Virus record (IMG/VR): IMGVR_UViG_3300037467_001075
Coordinates: 1,820 to 65,819 of that record
Source of the DNA: a virus
Lineage: Duplodnaviria; Caudoviricetes
Length of the DNA stretch: 64,000 bases
Reading direction: 5' to 3' (one strand)
A model generated the notes under the pieces. The model did no database searches. It was not told the origin of the DNA and worked only from the letters and a program-made list of their open reading frames with translations. Within the stretch, counting starts at the first letter, position 1, and every line of letters starts with the position of its first letter. This document shows positions 45,545 to 54,868 of the stretch, piece by piece. The translations under genes were made by a program, and so were the position numbers.

Positions 45545-45859
45545 TTAGACCTGCTGGTCTGCGGCTCCTGCCCCCGACTGATTGCCGGTCGGTGGTTGCG
45601 GCGCCTTGCGCTTGCCGCCTTGACCGAGCAGTTCGTCGTTCTGAGTGCGGCCGGGAACTTCGGCGCTGTCGGTTCCGGTGGCTTCATCGACGAAACCTTC
45701 GGATGCAGGCGCTTCGGCAGGCTGCGTCACCGAGAAGGACTTGGTCCCTTCGGCGATGTGGAAGCTGTGTTCACGGTTCGGGGCGACTTCGGTCGTCTCG
45801 CCGTCGACTTCGACGGTAGCTCCGTGAGCACGAGCCTTGACGGTAACAGTGGTCGTCAT
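45545..45859 (-). CDS. Hypothetical protein with acidic disordered tail
   Basis: AAGGAG RBS; own promoter and leader hairpin. Confidence 0.7.
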   Translation of the reverse strand: MTTTVTVKARAHGATVEVDGETTEVAPNREHSFHIAEGTKSFSVTQPAEAPASEGFVDEATGTDSAEVPGRTQNDELLGQGGKRKAPQPPTGNQSGAGAADQQV

Positions 45860-45873
45860 AGGGGGCTCCTTCT

Positions 45874-45924
45874 GTCGCATGATTGCGACGCGAGCCTTCT
45901 AACGTTTTAACGTGCCGGTGTCAA
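45874..45924 (-). promoter_or_regulatory. Sigma70 promoter with leader hairpin (copy 1)
   Basis: TTGACA-17-TAGAAG-6-GTCGC AATCAT GCGAC. Confidence 0.7.
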
Positions 45925-46460
45925 CTACCTCGAGGTGTATCGCATCCCGGATTTCTCTTACCTTGGGATATACGAGCCAAGGCCTAGGATACTCTGTCCT
46001 ATATGGGACCACAGGGATAGCAGTGAAGAAGGGTGTGCCCGCGCATACGTTGGCACCTATCTCCCTAGCTGTATGCTTGCACTCGAAGGCCATGACCAGC
46101 TCGACGCCTTCCCGTGGGAAGCAGACGAAGTATCGATCAAGGTCGGTGCGAAACTCGATGAAGGGCTTACTGCCCGTCAGTTCTACTCGCGAGACGCCTG
46201 GCACGAGTAATCCTCCCCGTTCTTGTCCTTGGTTGGGCCGGGACCCCAGAAACCGTATAAACTGCCTCGACCGCACCCTTCACCGGTGGATACAGTGAGG
46301 CCTTCCGAAGATGGTAAGTGATGCCGCCGCGAGTAAAAGACTCCTTGACATCCGTTCCCGCCCCGTGGACAATCGTGATCCGGCGTCTGCCTCGCATTGT
46401 GCACTCCATGAAAATGCGGGACCGACTGAGCCTGCACGAACAGCCGATCCCGCACCTGAC

Positions 46461-46565
46461 TTACCGCTTGATGAGCCCGAGCAGCCCATTCATGATTGCG
46501 CTGCCAAGGGCAAAGCCGAGGCCAAACACAATCGCGGCAAGGAACAACATTAACGATGGCTCCAT
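46461..46565 (-). CDS. Small membrane peptide (34 aa)
   Basis: GAGGAGG RBS; MEPSLMLFLAAIVFGLGFALGSAIMNGLLGLIKR; followed by terminator at about 46412-46456. Confidence 0.65.
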   Translation of the reverse strand: MEPSLMLFLAAIVFGLGFALGSAIMNGLLGLIKR

Positions 46566-46606
46566 TTGAGCCTCCTCTGTAGACGTCCCTCTACAGGTAG
46601 CCGAGG

Positions 46607-46768
46607 CTACTTGATTTCGGGGATTTCCACAGTGATCGACTTGGGCGCGTCCTTCTTCCCGAACGCCTTCTTGCTGATATAGAGCGAAGGGATCGGGGCG
46701 TCTTCGTCGTCGTTCTTGAAGACGTTGGTGTTCTTGGTGTCGCGCTCGAACTTCAAGGTCGTTTTCAT
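46607..46768 (-). CDS. Small beta-rich protein (53 aa, not in ORF track)
   Basis: AGGAG RBS; MKTTLKFERDTKNTNVFK...SLYISKKAF...SITVEI; strong codon bias. Confidence 0.75.
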   Translation of the reverse strand: MKTTLKFERDTKNTNVFKNDDEDAPIPSLYISKKAFGKKDAPKSITVEIPEIK

Positions 46769-47039
46769 GGTGGGCTCCTGTTGATAACCTCCTCATTATC
46801 GTTATGCAGGAGCTATATGTCAATGACCTTTATTCTCGAGGGCAGTAGCTACGCGCTCGAGCCCGTGATTGATTGCCTTCCACAGGGTGATCGCGTTTTG
46901 AGGAGGCTGGGCTCCTTCGGGCATGTTGCCGAACTCACGAAGTGCCTTCGCAAGATGACGGCAGAAAGCATCATAGTCCATACTGACCTCACTAAAATGG
47001 GGACGGCACCGAAGCACCGTCCCCGTAGTCGATCGCAGC

Positions 47040-47549
47040 TTAGGCCGTCGGGTCGGTTGCGTCGCCGCTACCCGTGTCGGTCCCGGTTCCCGTGTCCGTT
47101 CCGCCGGCGCCCGAGGTATCGGTGCCCGACGAACCCGAAGTGTCCGAACCGCTGCCCGTATCGGTACCACCCGTGGGAGCACCTGCACCGCCGCCCGTGC
47201 CCTGGTTGGCGACAGCCGCGGCAAGCGGAGCTGCATCCTGTCCGAGCTGATCGGTGATCGCCTGGACAGCAGCGACGACTTCCGTCGGATCGCTCGAGCT
47301 GTTCAAGGCATTGGCGAGCTGCGTCTGAAGACCCGTGATGAGGGCCACAGCCGATTGCTCGGTGTCGCGCACTGCCGAAACCTCGGTCTGAAGCTGTGCG
47401 AGTGCGTCTTGGATCTGCTGTTGCATATGTTTGACTTCCTTTCTCAGTTGTTGAACTTCCCGGAGAATTTCCCCGAGCACAATATCGGTACTTCTGTCCC
47501 GACCTCCTCTCTGCGGTTGAAGGATGAATAACCGCCGAAGACCTTCCAT
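47040..47549 (-). CDS. Coiled-coil protein with G/T/S/D low-complexity tail (alternative start 47426)
   Basis: Helical N-terminus then GTDTG-type repeats. Confidence 0.7.
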   Translation of the reverse strand: MEGLRRLFILQPQRGGRDRSTDIVLGEILREVQQLRKEVKHMQQQIQDALAQLQTEVSAVRDTEQSAVALITGLQTQLANALNSSSDPTEVVAAVQAITDQLGQDAAPLAAAVANQGTGGGAGAPTGGTDTGSGSDTSGSSGTDTSGAGGTDTGTGTDTGSGDATDPTA

Positions 47550-47553
47550 AAGC

Positions 47554-50262
47554 CTATCTCCCAGCTTGCCTAAGGATGTAAGCCCAAACCCTTGCGGTCG
47601 CGGCAAGCATAGCCAACGCCAGAGTCGCACAAGACTTTTGTATGCCGACCTCCATCTTGAGGCCCATGAACGTCTCCCCGGGGTTCTGTTGCCACAGACT
47701 GAAGCCTGCGACGGCTCCTTGTCCCGGCGGGAGTTCTTGTTCTGCACGAACCCATCCTTGAGGTTTGCAGCGATAGATATTGTCCATCGCGGATGATCGA
47801 TTGAGTGGCGGGATCGTCTGACCAAGCAACGTCATCGCAGGTTCACGGATCAGATCCATGAGTTGCTGCTGCAGGTCGAGTGTCCAAACGGTACCAGCCT
47901 CGGCTGCCGTGGCGAAGTCGTCGAGTTGTTGTGATGTCGTGGGCATACCTTAATCCTACACCTGCTGGTTTAAGAGGTCAACCTGTGGTTATGCCGAACC
48001 TTCGGGCTTGGTTAACGTCATTAATGCGGCACGATTACCGATTTCGATATTCTCCGACACGATCTGCATTGCCATGTCCGGCGTGATCTTGCGCTGATCC
48101 TGCAGCGCGATCAACTGGCCCACGAACTGAGACGCGATGGCCAGGATCCTCTGGTCCGCCATATTAGGAGGCATCGCTGCCTTCATATCGGCCAGAAACT
48201 TGTTGTCTTCATCGGTGGGCTGGAAGCCTCTAGTTTGCTTGTTCACGAACGGTTCCCTTGAGTGGATCGCCGCACGGCTTGGCACCGAATTGACGATACA
48301 GGTTGACGAAGCGGTCTCGGTTCGCCTGTCCTTCGAAGGCATAATGACGAACCTGACTGCCCTGAACAAATACCACAGAAATGTGCTCACCAACAATAGA
48401 GGTGTTCACGTTCTGAGGCTTCAGGCCTGTGGTCGTAGGGACCGTGGCGTAGTGAGGATCGGAGAAGGCCTGCGTTACTTTGGCCTGCCACCGCTTGCGC
48501 CACATCATGAGTTCACTCATGCGGGTTCACTCCTTGAGGTATCTCATCGCGGAAACGTTCGGGGATCGATTGATGCAGCTTCTGCCTGACGCGAAACACG
48601 TTGGCGGCAGTGTCCATGCTATCTGGATCGTTCTTGTCGAGCATCGGTAGGAAGTGATCGATGAACAGGATTAAGCTTCCCGCATCCTCGACATCGATCC
48701 TTGGGGTTATACACGCTATTTGGCCATCGATTGTTTTCTGGTTCATTCCCCGTCCTTTCAACTGAACAACAATAACGTTTCTGGAAAAACCAGGCAACTT
48801 TCTCTGGGAATTAGGTGTGAATAACTCTGGAATTTTGGATTAGGTCAATTAGACCTTGGCGCGCCACCAAAGTCCTTCCACTCCTTCCAAGGTCCAACGA
48901 TGTCGCGCTCGATGCGCTCGTCCAGGATCTTGAGGCACATCAGCTTGCCGTGTTCCTTGTGCCGTTCACCGTTTCCGGGGTTATTGGTCCATGTGCCGTC
49001 CTCATACTGGATCCAGTGACAGTCCTCTTCGAACTTGACCGTATCGCCAAACTCCTCTGCTCGCCACTCATAGTGGCGCGGCTTGTCTTGCAGCATGAAG
49101 TCGATACTGAAGCCAACGAACCAACCACCGCTGCCCATGAGGTTATTGAAGTAGGCCGGCCCTACAGTTTGAATATGGGCAAGATCAACATGGCGATTGA
49201 TGAGGCCCAAACGAACTATCATGGTCATCGTCCTAGCGAGCGGGCCCAATCGTCCGCACTCATGTTGTCCGCCGTCAAAGGCTCTTCCACAGGGCTCAGC
49301 GGATGCGTTTGATTGTGGATGTCTCGGAGGTGATCCTCGATCTGCTCAGCGAGCGACAGGTTGATCGCGCTCTTGATGCGTGACGCTTCCTTCTGTTTGA
49401 CATCGACTGCAGCCTCGGACTTCGTCAGGTGTTCCTGCGCGTAGAAACGAAACTGAATTGCTGACTTACGCAACAGCGAAATAGTCTGGTCATTCATCTT
49501 GTATCCTCTCATCTTCTGTTACAAACCCTCTCTTCGCCACAGTTCATGCACCGGGTGATGATGCGGTCTATGGTGGGCCAGAACCAACCCCGCTTGTAGG
49601 CACAACTGTCGCAGTACCGGTCGACAGGTGCTCTAGCCATGGTTGACTTCAGGCTCGTGAGCCTCACCCGGTTCTGCGGCCTTAACGTAGACCTCGTAGG
49701 GATCGCCGTCCAGGATGACGACGGCCCGCACAGAAACGGGAGGGTGAAGATTGGGAATGTATGGCTTGTTTAAGACGACTTCTGGATGAGTGTCGTCTTC
49801 AGCAACCTCGAGTCCGACCTCGAGTGCGTCCATGATGAATTGGAAATGTTCAGTCTTGCTCATGATATTGGCCCCGAGTTGAGTACGAGCTTGCCGAGCT
49901 CCTGGTAGACCTTTTCTTCAAGGTCGGACATCGCCACCAAGGTTGGCGTATCACGGATGGCACATCCGATGACTTTACGCCGGCGAGGCGATAGGGTGAT
50001 GAGCGCCTGCTTGAGGTCTTCGCTAACTCTCATAGTTCAGGACCTTCATTTCCTCGAGCCTCGCAAGGCCGAGCATGACGGCAAGAGCCTGTGCATACCC
50101 GAGCCAACGATGAGCCTTCTCGGTGTTGTCCCATCCCGTGATCGTGCGCAGCATGAAGACGAGGTGAGCTTGAGTGTTACCTTCGGGCGACTGCTCGCCT
50201 TGATCCTCGGGCGGAATGCCGAACCTCTCGAGCATTGCCGCTGCCGCGTGACTTGGTTGCAT
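47554..50262 (-). other. Cluster of about ten small hypothetical CDS (47554-47946, 47989-48246, 48230-48520, 48513-48797, 48845-49249, 49225-49512, Zn-finger 49509-49640, 49633-49863, 50023-50262)
   Basis: Head-to-tail ORFs with short overlaps and RBSs. Confidence 0.6.
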
Positions 50263-50611
50263 GCTTTGGTCCTTTCTTCGGCATCTTGGGCCGGCCTACG
50301 AATGAGACGTCGATGTTGAGGTAGATGCCGCGGCCCTTGTTACGCAGTTCTTGAGCCACAGCAGAGGATACGGGCATCAGCTCATGGCCGAGTGCAAGTA
50401 GGAACGCCTCGATTGAAGCGTAGCGCGGAAAGTGGGTCTCACCGTATAACCACTTAGAAATGGTACCGGGCGTCGGCCCGCCGCGTTCGTGGATCTGCTT
50501 CTGCGTCAGACCCGAGTTGATGAAGAGCGCGATGCAGTCGTCTCGAAGATGCTCGAGTTTTTGGTTCTGCTCACGCTGGAACGGTGTCTTTCGTTCTGAT
50601 CTGCCAAACAT
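50177..50611 (-). CDS. XRE-family HTH protein
   Basis: SGLTQKQI...TISKW..GET..P...IE..L.ALG. Confidence 0.75.
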   Translation of the reverse strand: MFGRSERKTPFQREQNQKLEHLRDDCIALFINSGLTQKQIHERGGPTPGTISKWLYGETHFPRYASIEAFLLALGHELMPVSSAVAQELRNKGRGIYLNIDVSFVGRPKMPKKGPKHATKSRGSGNAREVRHSARGSRRAVARR

Positions 50612-50676
50612 CAGGTGCCTCCTTAACGCTAGATTGTCGTCGAAGTGGCACCTGATGTCAATTCCTCTTAAACTCT

Positions 50677-51102
50677 CTATTTCTCCTGGGCTGGAAGCCT
50701 ACGGGCCTCGGTGATCGGGATGCCGGCTTCCGTCGGCACATAGATCAACTGGGCATGGGTGTTCTCATATGCCTGGATCGTCAGGTATCGGAGATAGCCA
50801 TCCGGTCCGCCGAGCGAGTTCTGCAAGATATGGTTGGCCTGCGCTGCACCCTTCGCTCGAGTCACCTCGGCTTCTGCGAGGAATTGCGCTGACTCCATCT
50901 TCTGCTTCGCCTCCAGTGTGGCGACCTGACGGGATGACTGCGCTTCGGCGAGCTTTGCGCGGCCCGACATTTCCTGGGAGTAGACGCCGTAGCGCGGACA
51001 GCCGACCATTGCGAGGATCGCCAGGACGATCAACGGTGCGAGGATCCACTTGATGATCCAGGTCGCCAGACCGGCAACCGGTACTTCTTCTTCGTATCTC
51101 AT
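50677..51102 (-). CDS. SPFH/band-7-like membrane-anchored protein
   Basis: TM helix, G.A.LA.A, RAKG.A.AN, YLRYL, IYVPTEA..PI.EA. Confidence 0.75.
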   Translation of the reverse strand: MRYEEEVPVAGLATWIIKWILAPLIVLAILAMVGCPRYGVYSQEMSGRAKLAEAQSSRQVATLEAKQKMESAQFLAEAEVTRAKGAAQANHILQNSLGGPDGYLRYLTIQAYENTHAQLIYVPTEAGIPITEARRLPAQEK

Positions 51103-53328
51103 TCTTTCACTCCATGATGCTCAGTCAGACTATCGACCCACTCTTTGCCGCTGAGCTTGACATAGGTGGTGGTTGGTAGAAGCAGGACGACCTGATAATC
51201 CACAGGTAGGTAGATGACAGGCCAGTGAAGTCCGCCTTCGAGGATCGAGTAGCCGATGATGTGGAAGCTTCGGCCTTCCTCCTCGACTAGGCTGTGATGA
51301 TCGACGCGGCAGATCGTGTCCTCACGCCTAGGTAGCTCGAAGACGTTGCCAACCTCGAGGCTGCCGACGGGGATCCACTGCCGCTCATACTTGCTCATCG
51401 AGGTTTCACTCCATACTTGAGGATCTTCTTGCAGTTGCTGCAGAACTTGACGCCATACTGCTTGATGGCTTTATGCTCTGAGCAGACGCATTTACCCTTC
51501 TTTTTCTTGGCCATCACCAACCGCCTCAGGCAGAGTGTAGACGACACGCTCCGTCTCGACCGTCATCCGGAACTCCTGAGTCCGGCTCAAGTGGTCCATG
51601 GTCAGAGTGTAGGCATGGGGAACGACGAACTTGACTACGCCGCCCTTCTGCTCGCAGTCGCGGATCCAGACGTCGAGCTTATGCGCCTCGACGAAGGCCA
51701 TGTGCAGACGATCAGTGACCATCAGTCGCGTCCGAACCCGAGGGGTAGGTCCATGTCGCTCAGACCTTCGAGTGATGACAGGTCGGGCTCGAGGTCAAGA
51801 TCTTCAATGGCCTGGAGCTTCTCGCCCATGGGAGAGTCGGCGAGGTTCTCGGGAAGGTTGTCCTTCCAATCGACATACTCCTGCTTGACCTCCTGAAGCG
51901 CCTCGAGCGCATTCTCGAGTTCTTCCTTCGCTGTCTCGACTCGCTGAGCACACTCTGTCCAACGATCTGCTCGCGACTGCCTCCTCTTACGTCTTGCCAT
52001 TAGTCGTCTCCGTATGGTGATAGAGCTCCACTTGTCAATCGTTTTGGTGGACTGCCGGTGCGGCGCCACTCTTCGGCTTCGTTCGGGGTGATGAACCCGC
52101 GCCTGACCATCGAGAGGATGTGCTCGTCTTCCTTGTGGCGCTTGATGAGTTGGCCAAGTGCAAGACCCACGCCGATGGAAACGCCTATTGCCGCGGCGAT
52201 CACGATTGCTACCGTGCTCATGTGAGTTTCTCCTGGTACTTGAGAGTGGCGGTGTCGTCGTTCATGATAACACAGCCTCGCACTTCCGGGAATACCCGCT
52301 TCCCACACTCTGGGCAGTAGGAGGGAAACCGTGGATTGACCCAGCAGGCCAAGAAGTTACAGCAAGGCATCTGGATCAGGCGGAAGTGAACCCGCTCAGT
52401 CGTCATCTGCATCTAACTCCGGCCATCGAACTACACCTGCTTGGGGTGCATAGGCCCTCACAGCAATGCAAGCTACTCCTTGAACACCAATACCGGGCAG
52501 CTGCAGTAACTCCTCAAGTGTCTGGTGCTCCGGATGTTTGACACCAGCAGTCTTCAACGCCGCCACAGTGCGAGCAGGTAGACGTCGGGTCAGGGCAATG
52601 AAGCTCCGAGGCATCTTGATGTGCTGGGTGGCCTTCATTATCCGCAAGCACTCGCGCAGATGAGTATTGAGTGCCCGCAACGCATCCTTGACCTCGCGGT
52701 CCCGAGCGTTCTGAGCCTTCGCGTTCTGCGCTGTGGGATGAACTGCATAGACGCAGCGCGCCCGTTCTGCTGCCTCGCACTTGACCATCAGTGTGGTCAC
52801 GAGGTCGTCCGTGCTGATGTCTCTCATTGACTGTGTCCTAATTGCTTGCCGATAGTCTTGGTTTCGACCTCGGCTGTGGGATCATCGTCGCGGGAGAAGA
52901 ATGCTTGGGTGCTTCGACAGCTACCGCAAGTTACCTTCTCCTTGTTCTTGGTGATCTGGAGCTGATGACCGAGCGGCAATCTTCGGGACGCCATGTTGCA
53001 AGCAGTCCAGAAAATCGGATAGTGGAGGTGGACTTTAGTCATTGTAGAACCGGTTGCCGTCGCGGTCGAATAGATCCTCGAGTGCGCAGAATGCTATTAT
53101 CTCCGCGCCGTGAAAGACACCCACACATTCTCCGAGGCAGTGGGATCCTCCATTCAGGCTCTGCTCTTCCTCGAGCGTCAAGCGGCGGAGAGTGACTTGC
53201 GGTATTCCTTCGCCGGGCTTCTTGCCTTCGAAGACTTCGCCGAAGTGTTTGCGTTGCATATCAGTTACCTCCTGATAGTTAAGTGTATCAGGACTGGATG
53301 CTGCGGGCAACCGAGACATCCCATGCAC
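51099..53328 (-). other. Cluster of small hypothetical CDS (51099-51398, 51492-51722, 51722-52000, 52000-52221, Zn-ribbon 52218-52412, 52824-53042, 53035-53328)
   Basis: Head-to-tail ORFs; several CxxC pairs. Confidence 0.6.
52396..52827 (-). CDS. Protein with C-terminal RNA polymerase alpha-CTD-like (HhH) domain
   Basis: LPARTVAALKTAGV...LEELLQLPGIGVQG...I. Confidence 0.6.
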   Translation of the reverse strand: MRDISTDDLVTTLMVKCEAAERARCVYAVHPTAQNAKAQNARDREVKDALRALNTHLRECLRIMKATQHIKMPRSFIALTRRLPARTVAALKTAGVKHPEHQTLEELLQLPGIGVQGVACIAVRAYAPQAGVVRWPELDADDD

Positions 53329-53459
53329 GGATCAACCAGTGACACGTAATTACATGACTCTCATTTTCCAAGCTATATAAGATGGGACCAGGTGCGTGGG
53401 ATACGTTCATGGCCCGGTTTTTTGGACGGGGCGGTCATGAACGCAGGCGGGTTAATTTA

Positions 53460-53570
53460 TTAAGGCAGGACGTTCGATAGCGTGGTCATGGTGTGATAGA
53501 AGTTCGACAGCAACGGGATCAGACAGTAGAACACGTAGAGCGGAACAGCGATTTGAACAATGCGGATCAT
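53460..53570 (-). CDS. Small hydrophobic peptide (36 aa, not in ORF track)
   Basis: AAAGGA RBS; MIRIVQIAVPLYVFYCLIPLLSNFYHTMTTLSNVLP; own TTAA-type promoter at 53599-53630. Confidence 0.6.
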   Translation of the reverse strand: MIRIVQIAVPLYVFYCLIPLLSNFYHTMTTLSNVLP

Positions 53571-53638
53571 GGTCAGTTCCTTTCGTTTCGATGTTCACAG
53601 TATACATGCAACAGGTTAAGGAAGTGTTACGGGTTGAA

Positions 53639-53758
53639 GAAAAAAGATGCGCGTCAGTGAAGGTCACATTACGGAACACGACGGATGCACAGGGCATTTC
53701 ATGTAACGCGCATCAGAGGCAGGTTGTGTCGCGCACAACGGACAGTCATGCGCGACAC
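53639..53758 (-). ncRNA. Structured 3' UTR / candidate sRNA ending in terminator
   Basis: 14-bp hairpin plus 11-bp stem enclosing about 47 nt, then T7. Confidence 0.45.
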
Positions 53759-53767
53759 GTAACGGCA

Positions 53768-54058
53768 TTAGGCGTCGGTCGTTTCGACGTTCGCCTTTTT
53801 CGTCGACTTGCGCGAACGCGCAGGACGAGCGATTTTGGCGGCGTAGGTAGTATCGAACGCGGCGCGGATTGCATCATATTCGCGTTGATTGTTCGCAACC
53901 CATGAAGTGTTGCGAATGTGCGATGCAACCTTCGAACGCAAACGCGAACGGATTTGTTTGTCGTTCAACGTGAACGACTTGTTATCCTTGTGCGCGTCGT
54001 TGATGATCGACTTGAGCACAATCGGGAACGTCGTTGATTTACGTGCAGGCATGTTCAT
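53768..54058 (-). CDS. Basic early protein, divergent member of the HTH paralogue family
   Basis: LNDKQIRSRLR...W; AAAGGA RBS; promoter with leader hairpin. Confidence 0.7.
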   Translation of the reverse strand: MNMPARKSTTFPIVLKSIINDAHKDNKSFTLNDKQIRSRLRSKVASHIRNTSWVANNQREYDAIRAAFDTTYAAKIARPARSRKSTKKANVETTDA

Positions 54059-54069
54059 TTCCTTTCATC

Positions 54070-54120
54070 GTCGCGTCATTGCGACAATCACAATATGCGC
54101 GCAATCTATTAACAAATCAA
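54070..54120 (-). promoter_or_regulatory. Sigma70 promoter with leader hairpin (copy 2)
   Basis: TTGATT-17-CATATT-6-GTCGC AATGAC GCGAC. Confidence 0.75.
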
Positions 54121-54160
54121 TAAGCCATTTCTTTTTTCTCTGTCTCGTATTGGGACGGAA

Positions 54161-54615
54161 TATGGTTAAGGATTTCGGCGGTTCGGCTTAACCATAAAGT
54201 CGTCAGCGGGTGGGCCAGCCACGTCTGGACTATCTGTTCTGGACGTTCCGCTGCGCTCTGGCTGGACCAACCATGGTTTGGCTAATCTTGCGGTTGGGCC
54301 AACCAAGCCTTACCCGGGCTATACAGTTGAAGGTGTAGGTGCAGATAGATCCATATGGCCAGCACGCAGATTATTGCCCACAGCGCACCCGTCCTTATGG
54401 ACATATAGTCTGGTTGGGCCAACTGACACGTAATAAGTTGTCAGCATTGCGAGCACCTGTCTACTTCTGCATCAAGTCTTGCTGTAGAGAAGTTGGTCAG
54501 AGTACTGGCTGGTCCATACCCGTCCTATACAGTTGCAGGCTATACAGCTCTACCTAGTCTATCACGTAATTACGTGGCTCATATTGGCCCGTCTCTCGGC
54601 TGGTCCAGCTGGTCT
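54161..54615. repeat. Non-coding island of short palindromic repeats (candidate origin or packaging/terminus region)
   Basis: Six TGGNCCA, three CTATACAG, palindrome CACGTAATTACGTG, inverted repeat TATGGTTAAG/CTTAACCATA. Confidence 0.7.
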
Positions 54616-54735
54616 TTTCTCCCCTAAAATCACGATCCTGATCTGCATAGATCCAATCCTGTTACGGGTTTGCCCATGCGCGAACAGTCCAGTTGTTGTA
54701 GTTTTTGTAGGTTTTTACTCAAGATTTGTTCCGTA

Positions 54736-54764
54736 TTGACACTAAGGCGCTCTTCCTGTAAAAT
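54736..54764 (+). promoter_or_regulatory. Sigma70 promoter
   Basis: TTGACA-17-TAAAAT. Confidence 0.75.
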
Positions 54765-54868
54765 GCCATACGGAAATACCAATCTGGTCCTATTTCGGCA
54801 CTACTCTTGAGTGAAAAACCGCGAAATCGACAATCTGGTGTGTATATAGCGCTAGGAAAAACTACAAG

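Noticed and set aside
53668-53745. Three ACGGA motifs on + strand suggesting a CsrA/RsmA sponge RNA
   Set aside because: G-U pairs and the U tract fit the - strand, no + promoter found, and most alphaproteobacteria lack CsrA
54190-54620. Mini CRISPR array or short ORFs (54339-54557, 54533-54739)
   Set aside because: Repeats are 7-12 nt, irregularly spaced; ORFs lack RBS and phage codon bias
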